A DNA stretch of 64,000 nucleotides, from assembly GCA_950097015.1 (NCBI GenBank), contig CATNEN010000003.1, positions 2,418,001 through 2,482,000 on the forward strand, given 5' to 3'. Positions 59,821 to 64,000 of this stretch are shown piece by piece. Positions within the stretch are counted from its first letter, which is position 1. Each line of letters starts with the position of its first letter. Origin of the DNA: Macrostomum hystrix. Lineage: Eukaryota; Animalia; Platyhelminthes. The notes beneath the pieces are model-generated. The model did not search any database. It was given only the letters and a program-made list of their open reading frames with translations, and was not told the origin of the DNA. Made by a program: the position numbers and the translations under genes.

Positions 59821-61674
59821 GCTTCTAAATGGAACGTTACCTTTCTGAACTTAAACACAGTTCCAACACTTTTTACCATAGACAACCTCTAACTGCATTC
59901 TATGTACTTGTATAAGAATATAAAGCCAGTTCGTAAAATCTATGGACACTTTTGACCATAGAATGTTTTCCATTTTTTTCTAAAATGCAAAGCAGCTTTT
60001 GTTAACTAGATTGCATAGTTACAATTACTGCTCCGATTATTTTATTGTTATATAAAAAGGATTTTAAATTCTAAGATTTTAATCTAATTTAACACTTGGG
60101 CCAAATTAAATATCGATTTTATTTAAATTCCATTCGATACAAAGTCAGTACTCGTCGTAGGCTTGACATATACATTGAACATGAAGACAAGTTTGGACAA
60201 GTTTGCACAGTAGCAGCAGCAGCAGCAGCGGCAGCAGCAGCAGCTACAGACGGCAAAGGAATCGAATACTGCCCAGGGGGCGGACGGTAAAGGAAATCAA
60301 AGATATCTATGTATATACTGACAATCAGTGCAAGTCGATTCAAATTTTTCGCATACAATGGCTGAGCTTATCTTTAGAGAAAATGAAAATCAAAGTTGAC
60401 AAGGACCCAACGCCGGTTAGAAATCGAATCTAATCATTATTTTTAGTGGTCTTTGCAACAGAGAGCTGATATAGTTAGGATGGGCGTGGCTCGACATATC
60501 ATGTAATATTCTTAGACCGCTTTTTATATTAAATAAAGTTGAGCTTACTACTTGAATAAATAATTATGGGTGTTTATCGCGTCCGCTAGATGTATACAGC
60601 TATATCACATTGTATGAAATGACACTGCCTATAAGATACGGTCGATCGTGATTTTGAGAACACTTGATCTACTTTGAGCACAGTTTTCCGGATTAGTTTG
60701 AGATCAGTTTTGAGGATCATTGAGTACAGTTTTAGGGATAATTTTAGTACAGTTTTGAGATCATTGAGAACAGTGTTGGGTATGATTCGAGTACAGTTTC
60801 GTGATAATTTAAGTGCAGTTATCTTCTTGTTTTTACGACTAATATCTTTATTAAAAGAATTTATTTAATCATTTTGATTAGAAGTTAAGTAGGCAGAGAT
60901 TAATAATAATAAACACATATCTCGAAAAACTAATACCGACCCTTCCTAGAACTCAAATCATGTGTTTAACATAAAACAAAGCACAAATCAATAATAAATT
61001 ATCTAAAAATTTGTCATTTGGTGAACGCAAAAAAATTCCTTCTTTAGAGCCCGAAGCTAAAAAACTAGAGCGAAAAATGTAAGACATTTCATTTTACAGC
61101 CTCGAAAATCGACTAGCGCCCCCAACTCTCTGTCTCTCTAAATATATTATCCCCAGCATAATAGCTATAGGATCCCAATCCTCATGGGAGATGCAAATTA
61201 AAGCAGACACTCTACATAATCTACATTTCTTAGGCGGAGAATAGGAAAGTGTGAATAATTTCATACAAGTAATTGGCCATCCTAGAGACCCCACTTCATT
61301 TGACCGGAGGGCAATGACTGCTCCGAGATGATGCCTGGACAACCTCCATTGAATTGTCGACGTCGCCATCCTTCGCGAGACAAAGTTTTCAGGCGTGAAA
61401 TTTTGTTTAATCGACCGACTGGGGATTGGAGAAATTTGTGGAATAACAATGGTTAGAAAATTGGTTTTTGAGTTCCGAAATGACCAATGGATGTCGATTG
61501 GATTCAACAAACCGTGAATTCATCGACTGGAATAACTGTCACAGCTGAGACAACTCAGGCGGTACTGGTTCCAGCTGCAGTGCCTCATTTCTGTAAGAAT
61601 TTGCTGCTATTGTGTTGCCTGCTTCCGCTACAACTGGTTTTCTGATAGGAAACTAATTGCTCAACTGTACAATA

Positions 61675-63378
61675 CGAATCCGAAACTCTACCGAATCCGA
61701 AACTGTACCGAATCCGAAACTCTACCGAATCCGAAACTGTACCGAATCCGAAACTGCACCGAATCCGAAACTGTACCGAATCCGAAACTCTACCGAATCC
61801 GAAACTGTACCGAATCCGAAACTCTACCGAATCCGAAACTGTAACGAATCCGAAACTGTACCGAATCCGAAACTGTACCGAATCCGAAACTCTACCGAAT
61901 CCGAAACTGTACCGAATCCGAAACTCTACCGAATCCGTAACTGTACCGAATCCGAAACTGCACCGAATCCGAAACTCTACCGAATCCGAAACTGTACCGA
62001 ATCCGAAACTGTACCGAATCCGAAACTCTACCGAATCCGAAACTGTAACGAATCCGAAACTGTACCGAATCCGAAACTGTACCGAATCCGAAACTGCACC
62101 GAATCCGAAACTGTACCGAATCCGAAGCTGTACCGAATCCGAAACTCTACCGAATCCGAAACTGTACCGAATCCGAAACTGTACCGAATCCGAAACTGTA
62201 CCGAATCCGAAACTCTACCGAATCCGAAACTGTACCGAATCCGAAACTCTACCGAATCCGAAACTCTACCGAATCCGAATCTATACCGAATCCGAAACTG
62301 TACCGAATCCGAAACTGTACCGAATCCGAAACTATACCGAATCCGAAACAATACCGAATCCGAAACTATACCGAATCCGAAGCTATACCGAATCCGAAAC
62401 TATACCGAATCCGAAACTGTACCGAATCCGAAACTATACCGAATCCGAAACTGTAACGAATCATAAACTGTACCGAATCCGAAACCGTACCGAATCCGAA
62501 ACTCTACCGAATCCGAAACTGTACCGAATCCGAAGCTATACCGAATCCGAAACTCTACCGAATCCGAAACTATACCGAATCTGAAACTGTACCGAATCCG
62601 AAACAATACCGAATCCGAAACTATACCGAATCCGAAGCTATACCGAATCCGAAACTATACCGAATCCGAAACTATACCGAATCCGAAACTATACCGAATC
62701 CGAAACTATACCGAATCCGAAGCTATACCGAATCCGAAACTATACCGAATCCGAAACTATACCGAATCCGAAACTATACCGAATCCGAAGCTATACCGAA
62801 TCCGAAGCTATACCGAATCCGAAACTCTACCGAATCCGAAGCTATACCGAATCCGAAACTATACCGAAACCGAAACAATACCGAATCCGAAACTATACCG
62901 AAACCGAAACAATACCGAATCCGAAACTATACCGAATCCGAAACTATACCGAATCCGAAGCTATACCGAATCCGAAGCTATACCGAATCCGAAACTCTAC
63001 CGAATCCGAAGCTATACCGAATCCGAAACTATACCGAAACCGAAACAATACCGAATCCGAAACTATACCGAATCCGAAACTATACCGAATCCGAAACTGT
63101 ACCGAATCCGAAACAATACCGAATCCGAAACTCTACCGAATCCAAAGCTATACCGAATCCGAAACTATACCGAATCCGAAGCTATACCGAATCCGAAGCC
63201 ATACCGAATCCAAAGCTATACCGAATCCAAAACTATACCGAATCCGAAACTATACCGAATCCGAAACTATACCGAATCCGAAACTATACCGAATCCGAAA
63301 CTATACCGAATCCGAAGCTATACCGAATCCGAAGATATACCGAATCCGAAACTCTACCGAATCCGAAACTCTACCGAA
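61675..63378. repeat. 17-bp minisatellite (ccgaatccgaaactgta)
   Basis: About 100 copies. Confidence 0.98.
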
Positions 63379-63767
63379 CTTGAAACTGTACTTAAACTGA
63401 AACTGTAACTTTGCCGAATCGGAATCTTGTACATTTCAGATTAGGCTTGTTTATTTAAGAAATTCAAATATATTTTGCTCGAAAATTTCGCTAACTAGAA
63501 AAACTACTTAAAAGAGAATAAATTTTGTGAACAATGCTTGGCTTTCTACTTGCAGTAGTGTTTTGAAGTTTGCCGTCTTTTTGTAAGTAAATAAAAAGAA
63601 TTGAAAACGATTAAAAACTCAATGCTTCATATTGGGAACGCTAAATCTGTTTGATACTAAATAGAGCTTTAGCAAAGTAGATGAGGCATATATGTTTGCA
63701 AAATATTTGACTGGTATAGTGATACTGTTCCAGACACCCAACTATCTGCCATGATCACATCATCTCC

Positions 63768-64000
63768 TGACACCCACTGTCTTATCAGACACCCCACTCT
63801 CTTATCAGACACCCCACTGTCTTATCAGACACCCCACTGTCTTATCAGACACCCCACTGTCTTATCAGACACCCCACTGTCTTATCAGACACCCCACTGT
63901 CTTATCAGACACCCCACTCTCTTATCAGACACCCCACTGTCTTATCAGACACCCCACTGTCTTATCAGACACCCCACTGTCTTATCAGACACCCCACTCT
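63768..64000. repeat. 20-bp minisatellite (cttatcagacaccccactgt), runs off the right edge
   Basis: About 12 copies. Confidence 0.97.

Noticed and set aside
61657-62606. 269-aa repetitive ORF and its antisense ORFs
   Set aside because: Product of a 17-bp satellite, with no sign of gene structure.

Overview
Eukaryotic (invertebrate animal) genomic DNA with GT-AG introns and a very high density of 15-61 bp minisatellites. The style resembles macrostomid flatworm genomes, but that is inference only. Protein genes read by hand-splicing are: an ANKAR-like gene (-, runs off the left edge), a 5'-truncated ferritin next to a decayed RTE-type non-LTR retrotransposon, a secreted neuropeptide-like precursor (-), a 15-exon STRA6-like gene (+), an SRFBP1/Bud22-like gene (-), a 98-aa Pro-rich ORF with a GWNDPP motif (+), a CD225/dispanin gene (-), an intronless UBE2D-like E2 (+) and a TFAP2/AP-2 gene (-). 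Mobile DNA includes two tRNA-derived SINE families and two foldback/MITE elements. The most notable observation is two sequence-unrelated type I hammerhead ribozyme motifs with the same architecture, each at the apex of a long imperfect hairpin (retrozyme/Penelope-like). One lies at 56724-56766 (-) and the other at 23268-23310 (+), in sense orientation inside an intron of the STRA6-like gene. Most of the very long ORFs in the supplied track are artefacts of stop-free tandem repeats.
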